Shown here: piece after piece, positions 1 to 15,075 of the stretch
How the letters are laid out: the number at the start of each line of letters is the position of its first letter
How positions within the stretch are numbered: position 1 is the first letter of the stretch
DNA from: an uncultured delta proteobacterium
Lineage (GTDB): Bacteria; Desulfobacterota; Binatia; UBA9968
DNA: 64,000 nt
Direction of reading: 5' to 3'
Assembly (NCBI GenBank): GCA_963760795.1
Contig: CAVXEP010000029.1
Coordinates: forward strand, 288,001-352,000
The notes under the pieces: model-generated
Told to the model about the DNA's origin: nothing
What the model saw: the letters and a program-made list of their open reading frames with translations, nothing else
The model's database searches: none
Made by a program: the position numbers and the translations under genes

Positions 1-1
1 C

Positions 2-316
2 GGCCATGATGTCGAAGTCGCCTATAACGGGCTTGACGGTCTCGCGGCGGCGGCGCGTTTTAAACCCGAGGTGGTGCTCTGCGATATCGGACTGCCGGGG
101 CTTGACGGTTACCAGATTGCTCAACAGCTGCGCCAGCGCGAAGAAGGCGGAAAAACATTTTTGAGCGCCCTCAGCGGCTATGGCCAGGCCGAGGACAAAC
201 GGCGCGCTTTAGCAGCCGGCTTCGACATGCACTTTGTTAAGCCGTTAAAAATCGATCTGCTCGTAACGGTGTTGGCGGAACTGGAAAGTGACTATCAATC
301 AGGCATCAATGCTTAG
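2..316 (+). CDS. C-terminal receiver (REC) domain of a hybrid sensor kinase/response regulator; 5'-truncated by the window edge
   Basis: Frame is open from base 2: GHDVEVAYNGLDGLAAAARFKPEVVLCDIGLPGLDGY...ALSGYGQ...GFDMHFVKP, with the phospho-Asp, Ser and Lys REC motifs. Confidence 0.85.
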   Translation, partial: GHDVEVAYNGLDGLAAAARFKPEVVLCDIGLPGLDGYQIAQQLRQREEGGKTFLSALSGYGQAEDKRRALAAGFDMHFVKPLKIDLLVTVLAELESDYQSGINA

Positions 317-533
317 CCGTATAACGCGAGCCGCACTCTGATTATTGTTTTAGGGTTGCCTTCATCGCTGCGGACGCTTATCGCGCCGGCTCGCTGCGAA
401 TTGGCGTGAGCGCGGGCAGTCGGTCGTCGCGAAGATAAAGCCCACCCCAGATTCACGTTCCGAGAACCACCGGAAATAAAATCGCCCGGCTCATGTTGCC
501 AAGCTTGGAATTTTTGCAGACCGAGGCGCGATT

Positions 534-1268
534 TCACGGCGCGGCTCTTACCTTCACTGGATAATCGAGCGAAGCATACCAGTCACCGCGGCCCTGGGGG
601 GTGAGGTCCAGCACGTTATAGACCGGTGACAAGAGATCGAGACCGCGTTCATTGATGTCGGACGCCATATGCGGATGGGCGCTGTAGAAGTGCCGTATGG
701 TGCCATCAGGCGCACGGGTAAATACCGATAAGGTCGAGTCCTGATTTCCTTCGCGGTCTTCTCCGCCCATATCATATTTAAACGTGCTGCCTTCTGGGGT
801 GCTAAGCAGTCGCAGATTGTCCCATCGTTGTCTGCGCGCGTGGGCGCGCAGAGCCGGCGCATCAGCGGCGGCGACAATGGCAAGATCGACATTCTGCGCC
901 AGATGGTGCGCCACTCCGTTGAGACTATCGATCAAAAGCGTGCACATCGGACAGGGGCTCGTTTGCCGCTTTCCGTACATAAACTGATAGAGCACCAGGG
1001 CGCGATCGGGCGCGGTGATTAACTCGCTCAAGCGAACCGTTCGCGTCGGGGTGTCGCCGGCATTGAGATCGGCCGGACCTTCAAGGAAAGTATAGTTCTC
1101 AACCGTCCCACCCTGGGGCAGTTCACGGCGCAGTTTCGCAACTCGCTCGCGCAGCTTCATCGACTCGATTTCCGCAACGCGCAACTCTTCCCGCTTGGCA
1201 AGGTACTCCGCAGATTCATTCTGCAACCGGGTTCGTCGCGTGCCCTCGTGGATTTTATCGTGTGTCAT
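534..1268 (-). CDS. DUF899 family thioredoxin-like protein
   Basis: Motifs RRELP, YQFMY, CPMCT, W..LRLLS and LDLTPQGR typical of DUF899. Confidence 0.85.
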   Translation of the reverse strand: MTHDKIHEGTRRTRLQNESAEYLAKREELRVAEIESMKLRERVAKLRRELPQGGTVENYTFLEGPADLNAGDTPTRTVRLSELITAPDRALVLYQFMYGKRQTSPCPMCTLLIDSLNGVAHHLAQNVDLAIVAAADAPALRAHARRQRWDNLRLLSTPEGSTFKYDMGGEDREGNQDSTLSVFTRAPDGTIRHFYSAHPHMASDINERGLDLLSPVYNVLDLTPQGRGDWYASLDYPVKVRAAP

Positions 1269-1432
1269 GGGTCTATCCTCCCTACCTCGATGGCAACTCG
1301 CTTGATGGCCAGCCGTCCAATCGCAAGCGCGCCGATGGCTAGGGCGCCGACACTGACAAAGGCGAGCGCCGTGGCGACGCGCGCGAAGGCCAGCTGCGAG
1401 TCGGTTCTTGCTGTCGTCTCAGTATTGCTCAT
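1265..1432 (-). CDS. Small hydrophobic protein (55 aa) with GALAIG repeats
   Basis: Translated by hand: MSNTETTARTDSQLAFARVATALAFVSVGALAIGALAIGRLAIKRVAIEVGRIDP. Its TGA overlaps the DUF899 ATG (ATGA coupling), and it starts 18 nt after the VOC stop. Confidence 0.7.
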   Translation of the reverse strand: MSNTETTARTDSQLAFARVATALAFVSVGALAIGALAIGRLAIKRVAIEVGRIDP

Positions 1433-1450
1433 AATTTTTCGCCGTCTGGC

Positions 1451-1861
1451 TCAGCTCTCTGACTTTATCGCGCCGGGCTCCATATAGACCAGTTCCCAGA
1501 TATGGCCATCGATATCCTGAAAACCATGCGCATACATAAAGCCGTGGTCTTGCGGTCGGTTGTAAGTCTTGCCGCCGGCCACGACCGCGTTCCGCACGGT
1601 ATCATCGACCGCTGCACGGCTTTCGCAGGACAAACAGATCAGCGCTTCCGTGCTTTTCGTCGCATCGCAAATCGGATTAGGCGTGAACTCTTTGAATTTT
1701 GCGTGGGTGAGGAGCATGGCATATATGTCCTCGCTGATCACCATACACGCCGCCGTATCGTCGGTGAATTGCGGGTTAAATGTGAAACCGAGCGACGAAA
1801 AGAAATCCATGGATGATTTCAGGTTATTTACCGGTAAGTTGACAAAGATTTTACGCGCCAT
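1451..1861 (-). CDS. VOC/glyoxalase family protein
   Basis: MARKIFVNLPV...FFSSLGFTFNPQF...DHGFMY...DIDGHIWE; SD GAGGAG upstream. Confidence 0.9.
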   Translation of the reverse strand: MARKIFVNLPVNNLKSSMDFFSSLGFTFNPQFTDDTAACMVISEDIYAMLLTHAKFKEFTPNPICDATKSTEALICLSCESRAAVDDTVRNAVVAGGKTYNRPQDHGFMYAHGFQDIDGHIWELVYMEPGAIKSES

Positions 1862-1926
1862 AATGTTTTCTCCTCTAGTCTCGACAGTGAATCAGTTTCC
1901 CTCGCAGCCGATGTTCTCACTACCTA

Positions 1927-1953
1927 GTCGAACGAGCGCTGGCTAAATCGACA
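1927..1953 (-). promoter_or_regulatory. Putative ECF-sigma promoter for the VOC-small protein-DUF899 operon
   Basis: Minus strand TGTCGA-17 nt-CGAC (TGTCGATTTAGCCAGCGCTCGTTCGAC), about 65 nt upstream of the VOC start. It resembles ECF motifs I recall in front of VOC/YciI operons. Confidence 0.4.
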
Positions 1954-2048
1954 TCTTAGGGAAGGGAAACGATCCCAATGCTTTTTCAGAGTCCGACGGT
2001 TTCGATGCTTTGTTCCAATCTAGGCAATGCCACAGCAATGCACGTCGC

Positions 2049-2064
2049 TGCACATCAAATGCCA
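2049..2064 (-). promoter_or_regulatory. Putative sigma-54 promoter
   Basis: TGGCATTTGATGTGCA (GG-N10-GC) pointing toward the VOC operon. Confidence 0.4.
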
Positions 2065-2242
2065 GCGCTGATAAGCGAACTTGAATACAAGTCGTAAAAG
2101 TTAGGTTTGCATGAGTCAGAGTTCACAGGCCGGCGGGAGATTGCAGTCGGATACAATCCCAAAGATGAGTCACGATTCTTGAGGCTGCGTTGCACAATTG
2201 GGACTCGACTCGTATAGTTTTTGATTTGGTGTTCCTATGACT

Positions 2243-2258
2243 TGGCACAGTCCTTGAA
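2243..2258 (+). promoter_or_regulatory. Putative sigma-54 promoter (variant -12) for the RlpA-like gene
   Basis: TGGCACAGTCCTTGAA: perfect -24 box, TTGA at -12, 30 nt before the ATG. Confidence 0.4.
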
Positions 2259-2287
2259 TAGCAGAATGCCAGAGCAGGTTTATTTAT

Positions 2288-2873
2288 ATGAAAAAGCTCG
2301 ATCATTACATCCCTCTGAGTTTTACAATATTGATTTTGGCTTTATGGGTTGGATCTCGAAGCTACGGTGCTGAGAACATCAAGGAAACCCAAAACGCCGA
2401 AAAAGTTGCTGAGAACGTGAAGCAAAAGGCGCAGAAGACGGAAAAGGCCGAGGGTCAGTCAGGATCTGGTCAAAGATAAAGTTAGCGTAAAAGCATCCGC
2501 TGATGGCAAGCCCGTAATCGAACAAACCGGCGAAGCGTCAAGTTACGGCCTGGGGTTTCACGGTAAAACCACCGCGAATGGTGAAAAATTCGATAAGAAT
2601 AATCTGACGGCAGCGCACCCGACGTTGCCATTGGGAACAAAAGCCACAGTAACGAATCTGGACAACGGAAAGTCCGTCGATGTGAGAATCAACGACCGAG
2701 GTCCTTACGTCAAAGGACGCGATATCGATGTATCGGAAAGCGCAGCGAAAGAATTAGACATGACCAAGAGCGGCATCGCGCCGGTGAAAATCGAGGCGAA
2801 GATACCTGTAACCGATAAACCTGCAAGCAGCGAGAGTTCATCGGCGCCGGCAAAAACCGGCGTCAAAAAATAA
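2288..2873 (+). CDS. rlpA: RlpA-family lytic transglycosylase (DPBB domain); +1 frameshift at about 2452
   Basis: The signal-peptide ORF 2288-2479 joins the next frame (EVSQDLVKDK...GEASSYGLGFHGKTTANGEKFDKNNLTAAHPTLPLGT...VRINDRGPY) if one G is removed from GAGGG. Confidence 0.8.
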
Positions 2874-2908
2874 CCATCGACGAATCCGACAGCGAAAGAA
2901 CGGTAGCG

Positions 2909-3874
2909 CTAATCGGGTGCGGTTCTTAAATAGAGCGGAGTTCGGGTTGGCGCCAAGAAGATTGCCGGTTTGTCATCGGCTTGTTCCCGTCTCGAAAAGA
3001 AATTTTCCAGGATATTTTCGATAGAGAGAACGCCGGCGACGTTGTCGCTGCCGTTTACCACGATGCCAACAGGATTTCCGGTGACATCGAGCACCACGCC
3101 GCCGCTCATGTGGTTTTCAACACGCATGCCCCATTTAGTGTCCAAGGCGATGCCTGCATTGCGCAAGTACGCTGGCGAATAGAGTTCATAATCCGCGGAA
3201 AAATAGCCGCGATGCTTATCGTCGCGCAGATTCAAGAATCCATGGCTGATGTGGAACTGTCCTTGTTGCGGGTAACCCGCGATAAACACTTTTTTGGGCG
3301 GAAAGAGCGGCTGCAAATCGAAATCCGCCCGTGGCCGGCCGAGGTCGATCGTGCCTTGAGCGAAATCTTTGAGCTGCCAATAGGGAAAACGCGCTGCGGG
3401 CCCCGCTTTTAGCCGGGCGACGACAAAGTCGCGTTGTTTGATGATCTCGTCGGGACTGTGGCTCGATTTGCCATTGGTCGAGTCGGTTTCGTTCAAATTC
3501 GAGAGCACTGCGATTTCATATTCGCGATCGCCATTTTGGGCCAGATAGCGCATGCGCGGGCGACTTTCCGAGCAATCGGACAGGTCGGCGAATCGGCTGG
3601 TTTCTTTGCTCGCTTCCAAGCAGTATTTCATCACGTGATAAGCGGTGATGAACAGACCGTCGAGCGAAATCACGAAGCCCGAACCGAGATGAACGCGTTT
3701 CTTGGCCGCGCCGTCTTGATACTCAAGCAAAATTTTCACGCTTTTCGACTCAACGTCGGGCCATGAAAACTCCGCGCCGGCTGATTTGAGCTGCTCAGCT
3801 CCCGTCAGATACTCGCCACATACGAGAGACGGACAAAGCAACGCAATAATTATGAAAAAAATCGAACGTCGCAC
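2909..3874 (-). CDS. Secreted trypsin-like serine protease
   Basis: Signal peptide, GSGFVI, TAYHV (His), RDFVVARL (Asp), HMSGG (Ser). Confidence 0.75.
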   Translation of the reverse strand: MRRSIFFIIIALLCPSLVCGEYLTGAEQLKSAGAEFSWPDVESKSVKILLEYQDGAAKKRVHLGSGFVISLDGLFITAYHVMKYCLEASKETSRFADLSDCSESRPRMRYLAQNGDREYEIAVLSNLNETDSTNGKSSHSPDEIIKQRDFVVARLKAGPAARFPYWQLKDFAQGTIDLGRPRADFDLQPLFPPKKVFIAGYPQQGQFHISHGFLNLRDDKHRGYFSADYELYSPAYLRNAGIALDTKWGMRVENHMSGGVVLDVTGNPVGIVVNGSDNVAGVLSIENILENFFSRREQADDKPAIFLAPTRTPLYLRTAPD

Positions 3875-4094
3875 AGGGAATTCTTCGCAGATTAAAAGAC
3901 CTCCCAACAAAAATCAACTAAATTCGCCCCGATAGGATCTTCTGTCCTAAAAAAGTGAAGATTAAATCGATCCCGCAAGCGAAAAACTAGCGACACATAG
4001 TCCATGCGATCGTCTGTGCCCGTGAGTCGATCGGATACGGATCGTTTTGCCCGCGGACAGCAGTAAATCCCTTCTCATTGCAGTGCGCGAAGGT

Positions 4095-4110
4095 TGGTCT
4101 GGAGATTGCA
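4095..4110 (+). promoter_or_regulatory. Putative sigma-54 promoter
   Basis: TGGTCTGGAGATTGCA, GG-N10-GC with a TTGCA -12 box, upstream of the 4.1-5.9 kb plus-strand cluster. Confidence 0.5.
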
Positions 4111-4142
4111 CGTCATGAGCTTATGATTTTGTCGCCGACCGG

Positions 4143-4622
4143 ATGCTGATCGGGCGCCGTCCGAGGTCATCGAGCGAAATGGTTTGTCGAGTTATGGCGA
4201 AATATCAAAAAAAAGTTGTCGCGCTGCCGAGTGTCATGGGGCGGCGCAGGCGGATCTTCAAAAAGCCGCGGCTGGCCAGGACCAAACAATCGGCTGACCC
4301 GAAATGGCAAGTCGTCAAGCTCGCCCGACTGGTTAGATTGGAAGCAAAACCCGGAAAAGAGGATGAGCTGGCCAGTTGTCTCCGCGCCGGATTAACGCGT
4401 GCGCAACAGGATCCGGCCACCGCGTCCTGGTTTGCGATTCGCTTCGGACCGTCGAAATTTGCGATTTTCGATGCCTGCGTAGGGGAGGCGACGCGCCAAC
4501 TCCATCCGGCCGGTTCACTCGCGGCAGTACTCGGAGCCAAATCTGCCGAACTACTGGCTCGGCCGCCGGTGATCGAAACGGGCGACGTGCTGGCGGCCAA
4601 GTTGGCCGAATTCGCCGTATGA
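4143..4622 (+). CDS. Antibiotic biosynthesis monooxygenase (ABM)-like protein; start uncertain, possibly degenerate
   Basis: The last ~105 aa (LVRLEAKPGKE...WFAIRFGPSKFAIFDA...DVLAAKL) match the ABM/putative quinol monooxygenase pattern. The N-terminal ~55 aa look non-homologous. Confidence 0.6.
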   Translation: MLIGRRPRSSSEMVCRVMAKYQKKVVALPSVMGRRRRIFKKPRLARTKQSADPKWQVVKLARLVRLEAKPGKEDELASCLRAGLTRAQQDPATASWFAIRFGPSKFAIFDACVGEATRQLHPAGSLAAVLGAKSAELLARPPVIETGDVLAAKLAEFAV

Positions 4623-4694
4623 AATTCACGGCCTAGCCTGGGCTTTAATTGGGACAGTTAGGCCAACAGCGGCTGCGAAAAAATAGGCGGCTTT

Positions 4695-4859
4695 ATGGCT
4701 AAAAATAAAAAACCCAAGAAGCAAGCGGCGGCAAAAACCTCCAAAGCTAAAAGACATCGTCGCATCGACGGCTCGCAGACCCGTCAGCCCTTCGAGCAGG
4801 ATTCTAAACGCCGCATCGGGCAGTACGGCGGAGCAGGCGAGCCACCGATCATGAAGTAG
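4695..4859 (+). CDS. Small basic hypothetical protein (54 aa)
   Basis: Translated by hand: MAKNKKPKKQAAAKTSKAKRHRRIDGSQTRQPFEQDSKRRIGQYGGAGEPPIMK; SD-like AGGCGG; operon-like spacing to the next ORF. Confidence 0.65.
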   Translation: MAKNKKPKKQAAAKTSKAKRHRRIDGSQTRQPFEQDSKRRIGQYGGAGEPPIMK

Positions 4860-4874
4860 TGTTCAGGGAAGGCA

Positions 4875-5024
4875 ATGATTCGCAAGCTCAAATCCGGGCA
4901 GTATAGGTTGTACTCGCGTAAGCGGAATTCAAAAACCGGGAAGCGCAGGAACCTCGGAACCTTTCAGACTCTCAAAGCAGCGCAGAAGCATGAACGAGCT
5001 GTGCAATTTTTTAAGCGACATTGA
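4875..5024 (+). CDS. Small basic conserved hypothetical protein (49 aa)
   Basis: Translated by hand: MIRKLKSGQYRLYSRKRNSKTGKRRNLGTFQTLKAAQKHERAVQFFKRH. I recognise it as a widespread small family; purine-rich RBS, 15 nt after the previous stop. Confidence 0.8.
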   Translation: MIRKLKSGQYRLYSRKRNSKTGKRRNLGTFQTLKAAQKHERAVQFFKRH

Positions 5025-5127
5025 TTTCGCCGGAGTATGTTGCTCAGCACGAGCGCAACCCTTGGTTGCACTCCTTGTTGAGAATTTGCCGTATATTTCT
5101 TGCGCGTTTGGTGATGAGGAGCCGATC

Positions 5128-5634
5128 ATGCCGGAAAAAGAAACAATCGAAAGAGCAAAGAGAGCCAAGCAAAAGGGCAAATCGTCGAGCACGCAAGCGG
5201 GTGAATTCGTGCGTGAGGAAATAAATCACATCAGGCAAGGCAAACACGGCGCTCGCTCGACGAAACAAGCGATTGCCATAGGTTTATCGAAAGCGCGTCG
5301 CTCAGGCATCGATTTGCCGCCGCCCAAAAAAGGCGCTGTTTCGGAAAAAACGCGGCGTAGCGCGAAGCGCGCGTATGAGGCGGGCCAACGAGCAAAACCC
5401 CGGCGATCTCGGCGCCGATCCGAGGCGGCTGAACGCGTGCTTCAACGGGAAGACACAAGCGTTACGTCGAAAAAGGCGCTATCGAAGCAGGCGCGCGCGG
5501 CGGCGCGAAAGCGGTCAAGGGCTGACCGCTCAGCGGCAGCAACTCGAGCGGCATTAACCAAAGGCAGAAAAAATCGTTCCGCCGCGGCGCGGAAAGCCGC
5601 GCGCAGCCGGGCACAGCGCGGTGGCCTGGCATAA
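5128..5634 (+). CDS. DUF6496-containing Lys/Arg/Ala-rich putative DNA-binding protein
   Basis: SD GAGGAG then MPEKETIERA...STQAGEFVREEI...GARSTKQAIAIGLSKARR, followed by a histone-like tail. Confidence 0.8.
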   Translation: MPEKETIERAKRAKQKGKSSSTQAGEFVREEINHIRQGKHGARSTKQAIAIGLSKARRSGIDLPPPKKGAVSEKTRRSAKRAYEAGQRAKPRRSRRRSEAAERVLQREDTSVTSKKALSKQARAAARKRSRADRSAAATRAALTKGRKNRSAAARKAARSRAQRGGLA

Positions 5635-5651
5635 AGCTCAAGACGACGGCA

Positions 5652-5906
5652 ATGCAGATATTTATTAAACTCGCCACCGGGGATTACACTCGATTGCGAA
5701 GTCATATCCCCCTCCACTCCGCCGCCCACGAGGCGATTGAAAAGGCGACGCGGATTGAACATTCGCTCGATGGTTTATTGTTTGCCGGCTACTCGATTCC
5801 TTGTGACGCGGAGCAAGCCCGAACCATACTCGAAACCGCCAGGCGCAGTTGTCCCGACATGATCTCCAAAATTGAACAAGCTATATTGCGCTCCCATCAA
5901 GGCTAG
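5652..5906 (+). CDS. Hypothetical protein (84 aa)
   Basis: ATG-initiated ORF 17 nt after the previous gene, with globular-looking composition. Confidence 0.6.
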   Translation: MQIFIKLATGDYTRLRSHIPLHSAAHEAIEKATRIEHSLDGLLFAGYSIPCDAEQARTILETARRSCPDMISKIEQAILRSHQG

Positions 5907-6015
5907 CGTTCGCGGCGTTGAGACAGGGCGGGAAATTCTTGCGCCGACGCATGTCTGCGCTCGGCGCTGAGGACCACCTCAAGCACTTGAATTTCCTGCT
6001 CGAAAGCTTACGGGG

Positions 6016-6132
6016 CTAGAGCTTAGCCGCCCGAATTAAAGTAGATGACTTGATAGATTTGCCCTTGCCGCGTTTGCGCTTTGGTTTTGGCCGCTTCGGT
6101 TCGACGATCACCGCCGCTGATTTCTTGGCCAT
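6016..6132 (-). CDS. Very basic small protein (38 aa)
   Basis: Translated by hand: MAKKSAAVIVEPKRPKPKRKRGKGKSIKSSTLIRAAKL; SD GGGAG upstream; 24 nt downstream of the CBS gene. Confidence 0.45.
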   Translation of the reverse strand: MAKKSAAVIVEPKRPKPKRKRGKGKSIKSSTLIRAAKL

Positions 6133-6156
6133 GGATGGTTTCTCCCATTGACGGTT

Positions 6157-6597
6157 TTATCGATTCGGTTCCGACGGCTCCGAGATGTCTTTAAGCGCTT
6201 CGTCCGCCAAGTCCTCGTCTTCCGTGCCTTCGGTGCGGAGGGCGAGATCGCCGAGAGATAACATGCCTACGAGCTGTCGCTCTCGATTCAATATCGGCAG
6301 GCGACGAATCTGCTCGGCCTCCATTAGCATCACGGCTTCTTCGACGGCTTGATCGTCGAAACAATAACTCACGCCGGGAGTCATGATGTCGGTCACCTTG
6401 GTGCGCGCGGGATCGCGCCCTTCGGCGACTAGACGTATCGCCATATCCCGGTCAGTGACCACTCCTTGAATTCTGTCGCCGTCGCACACCGGCAACGCTC
6501 CGACGTCGAGTTCGCGCATTTTCGCGGCGGCTTCTTGGGCCGTGTCATCCAAGTAAACCACCTCCGCGCCTTGAGTCATGATTTCCCTAATTTGCAT
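6157..6597 (-). CDS. Stand-alone CBS-pair protein (Hrp1/YhcV-like)
   Basis: IMT...VGALPV...GVVTDRD...IMT...IRRLPI...GMLSLGDL; SD GGAGG. Confidence 0.9.
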   Translation of the reverse strand: MQIREIMTQGAEVVYLDDTAQEAAAKMRELDVGALPVCDGDRIQGVVTDRDMAIRLVAEGRDPARTKVTDIMTPGVSYCFDDQAVEEAVMLMEAEQIRRLPILNRERQLVGMLSLGDLALRTEGTEDEDLADEALKDISEPSEPNR

Positions 6598-7195
6598 AAA
6601 GCACCTCCGATTGGTTTTTTTCCGTCTTCGATCCTTTGCTAAATTTTGTCGCGCGATCTGGATTCTGCCATGCGAGCCACGACGCGCGGTTTACGGCGCC
6701 AACGAATGTATACATTGGGTCATTTTAAAACTCCTTGATAATTTCGCTTTGTGCTGGCGCGCGCTTGAGTGTGGCGTTGTAAGGCGCAAGAAGAATGCCA
6801 GTGCTCCCAACGAGAGTACGCCCCGTGTAGTGCGCACATGCCAGGCGATAAGCTTATTCAGCGAGCGCGCGGCGGAAAAGTTTAACGAGTCAGTGTCCCG
6901 AATCTGGGTCACGTTGACTTGGGCAATCTCATTTATGATAATTTGCACTCGCGGGTCGAATGAATCCGAATCGAACCTTCGGCGTGATGAACGACAGCGC
7001 GTACCAGCGCGGCGAGAGAGCCTGCATAGTGACTCGCAAATGCCAATCCCCTAGCGAAATTGACGTAGGCTTTTACCTGCCAAGCTAGATACTGTGTCGC
7101 CGGATGGAATCTTGCATGCAAAAGAACGCGGATTGGACTGCGCGAAGCAATTTATTGCATCGGGCGAGCGAATAACTTCAACATCGGGAGTGGCC

Positions 7196-8339
7196 ATGGC
7201 CAAGAAATCTGTGATCGGCTTGATCTTATTGGCGCTGATCGCTTGCCAGCGCGCGGAGGTGCCTAAGGCCAAGACCGAAAGCCCGCCGCCGGCGCCAGCG
7301 CCGCGGCTCGATCGCGACTCCACCCCGGCGGGATCTTATGCGCCAATCGTCGATCGAGTCGCGCCGTCGGTAGTGACCATTCGCTCGGCGCGGCGGCTGC
7401 GCGCGCCGCGGCAATTCCCATTTTTCAACGATCCTCGATTCGGCGAACTCTTCGGCGGTCTATTCGGCGCGCCGGGCGGGCGCGAACAGGTTCGCCTGGG
7501 ATTGGGCTCCGGCGTCATCGTGCGACGCGGACGGCTATGTTCTCACCAATCATCACGTGATCGACGGCGCGGATGAAATTACCATCGAGCTGCTTAGCCG
7601 GCGCAGTCTTTCCGCCAAAATAATCGGCAGCGATCCGCCGAGCGATCTTGCCGTGCTCAAGGTCGAAGCTACCGATATGCCGGCGCTGGCACTGGGCAAC
7701 TCGGATGAGGCGCGGGTCGGTGACATCGTGCTCGCGTTAGGAAATCCATTGGGCATCGGCCAAACGGTTACCGCCGGGATCATCAGCGCCAAGAGCCGCT
7801 CCACCGGATTGAGCGATGGCAGCTTCGAAGATTTTCTCCAGACCGATGCGCCGATCAATCAAGGCAACTCCGGCGGCGCGCTGGTGAATACCGCCGGGTT
7901 GCTGGTCGGCATCAACTCGCAAATTCTCTCGCCTACCGGCGTTAACATCGGTATCGGTTTCGCGGTGCCGGTCAACATGGCGCGCAGCGTTATGGAGCAA
8001 CTGATCAGCAACGGCAAGGTCGAGCGCGGCCATTTAGGCATCGGTATTCAGCCGGTGACCCCGGAGATCGCCGCCAGTGTCGGCTTAAAGGAAACCGGCG
8101 GCGTGATTATCAACGAGGTCAATGCCAACAGCGCCGCCAGCCGCGCCGGTATGCGGCGCGGCGATGTCGTCGTCGCTTTCAATGGCGCACCGGTTGTCGA
8201 CGGCAACGCGTTGCGCAATGCCATCGCCGGCAGCAAACCCGGGACGGCGGTCAAGCTGACGATTCTCCGCGATGGCAAAGAGCAAACGATTGAGGCCAAG
8301 CTGGACGAGTACCGCGCCGAGAGCGCGCCGGCGCGGTGA
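7196..8339 (+). CDS. Do/HtrA (DegP/DegQ) serine endoprotease with lipoprotein signal and one PDZ domain; +1 frameshift at about 7526
   Basis: Lipobox LIAC; APSVVTI; GLGSGVIV joins ADGYVLTNHHV after the shift; SDLAVLK; QTDAPINQGNSGGAL; C-terminal PDZ. Confidence 0.88.
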
Positions 8340-8476
8340 TAAGGTAACTCGCACTTGCTGAACCTTGACCGCGAATTCGTCGGTATCGCCGCCGGTTTGG
8401 ACAATTCGTTTCGCGGGCGCTCGACCCGCAATCAGTCCAATCAAACATTCCTTTCGGTCAATTTCTCGGTTCTCGC

Positions 8477-8494
8477 TGTCGCATTTTTGGGACA
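8477..8494. promoter_or_regulatory. Palindromic TGTC-N10-GACA site, candidate activator-binding site
   Basis: TGTCGCATTTTTGGGACA, about 190 nt upstream of the giant kinase; same geometry as the E. coli GlrR site. Confidence 0.4.
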
Positions 8495-8684
8495 AAAGCA
8501 CGGCTAATATTCAAGGCGATTTTTAAAAAATGGTTTACCGCAAAAGAATTTTGTCCCCGGGAAAAATTTTGATAACGTCGGAGCAGCGGTCATAGTACAA
8601 TTGAAATTCGATACCACCGACGCCACCGGCGTTTTGTCGCGGTGGTGGTGACGCGTCAAACCGCTAGGCCTGAGGAGAGCTTCC

Positions 8685-15014
<6,330 letters not shown>

Positions 15015-15033
15015 CGGAACCGACCGACGAGCC

Positions 15034-15061
15034 GTAGGGGCGATTCATGAATCGCCCCTAC
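15034..15061. repeat. Perfect 28-bp palindrome, GTAG-type REP-like element
   Basis: GTAGGGGCGATTCA|TGAATCGCCCCTAC within a 61-nt intergenic gap of an operon. Confidence 0.75.
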
Positions 15062-15075
15062 CTTGATCTTAGGGT

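Noticed and set aside
6600-7120. ORFs 6578-7054, 6691-6948 and 6933-7121, and a possible sigma-54 site at about 7101-7120
   Set aside because: No recognisable domains or RBS; the promoter match has two weak alternative registers.
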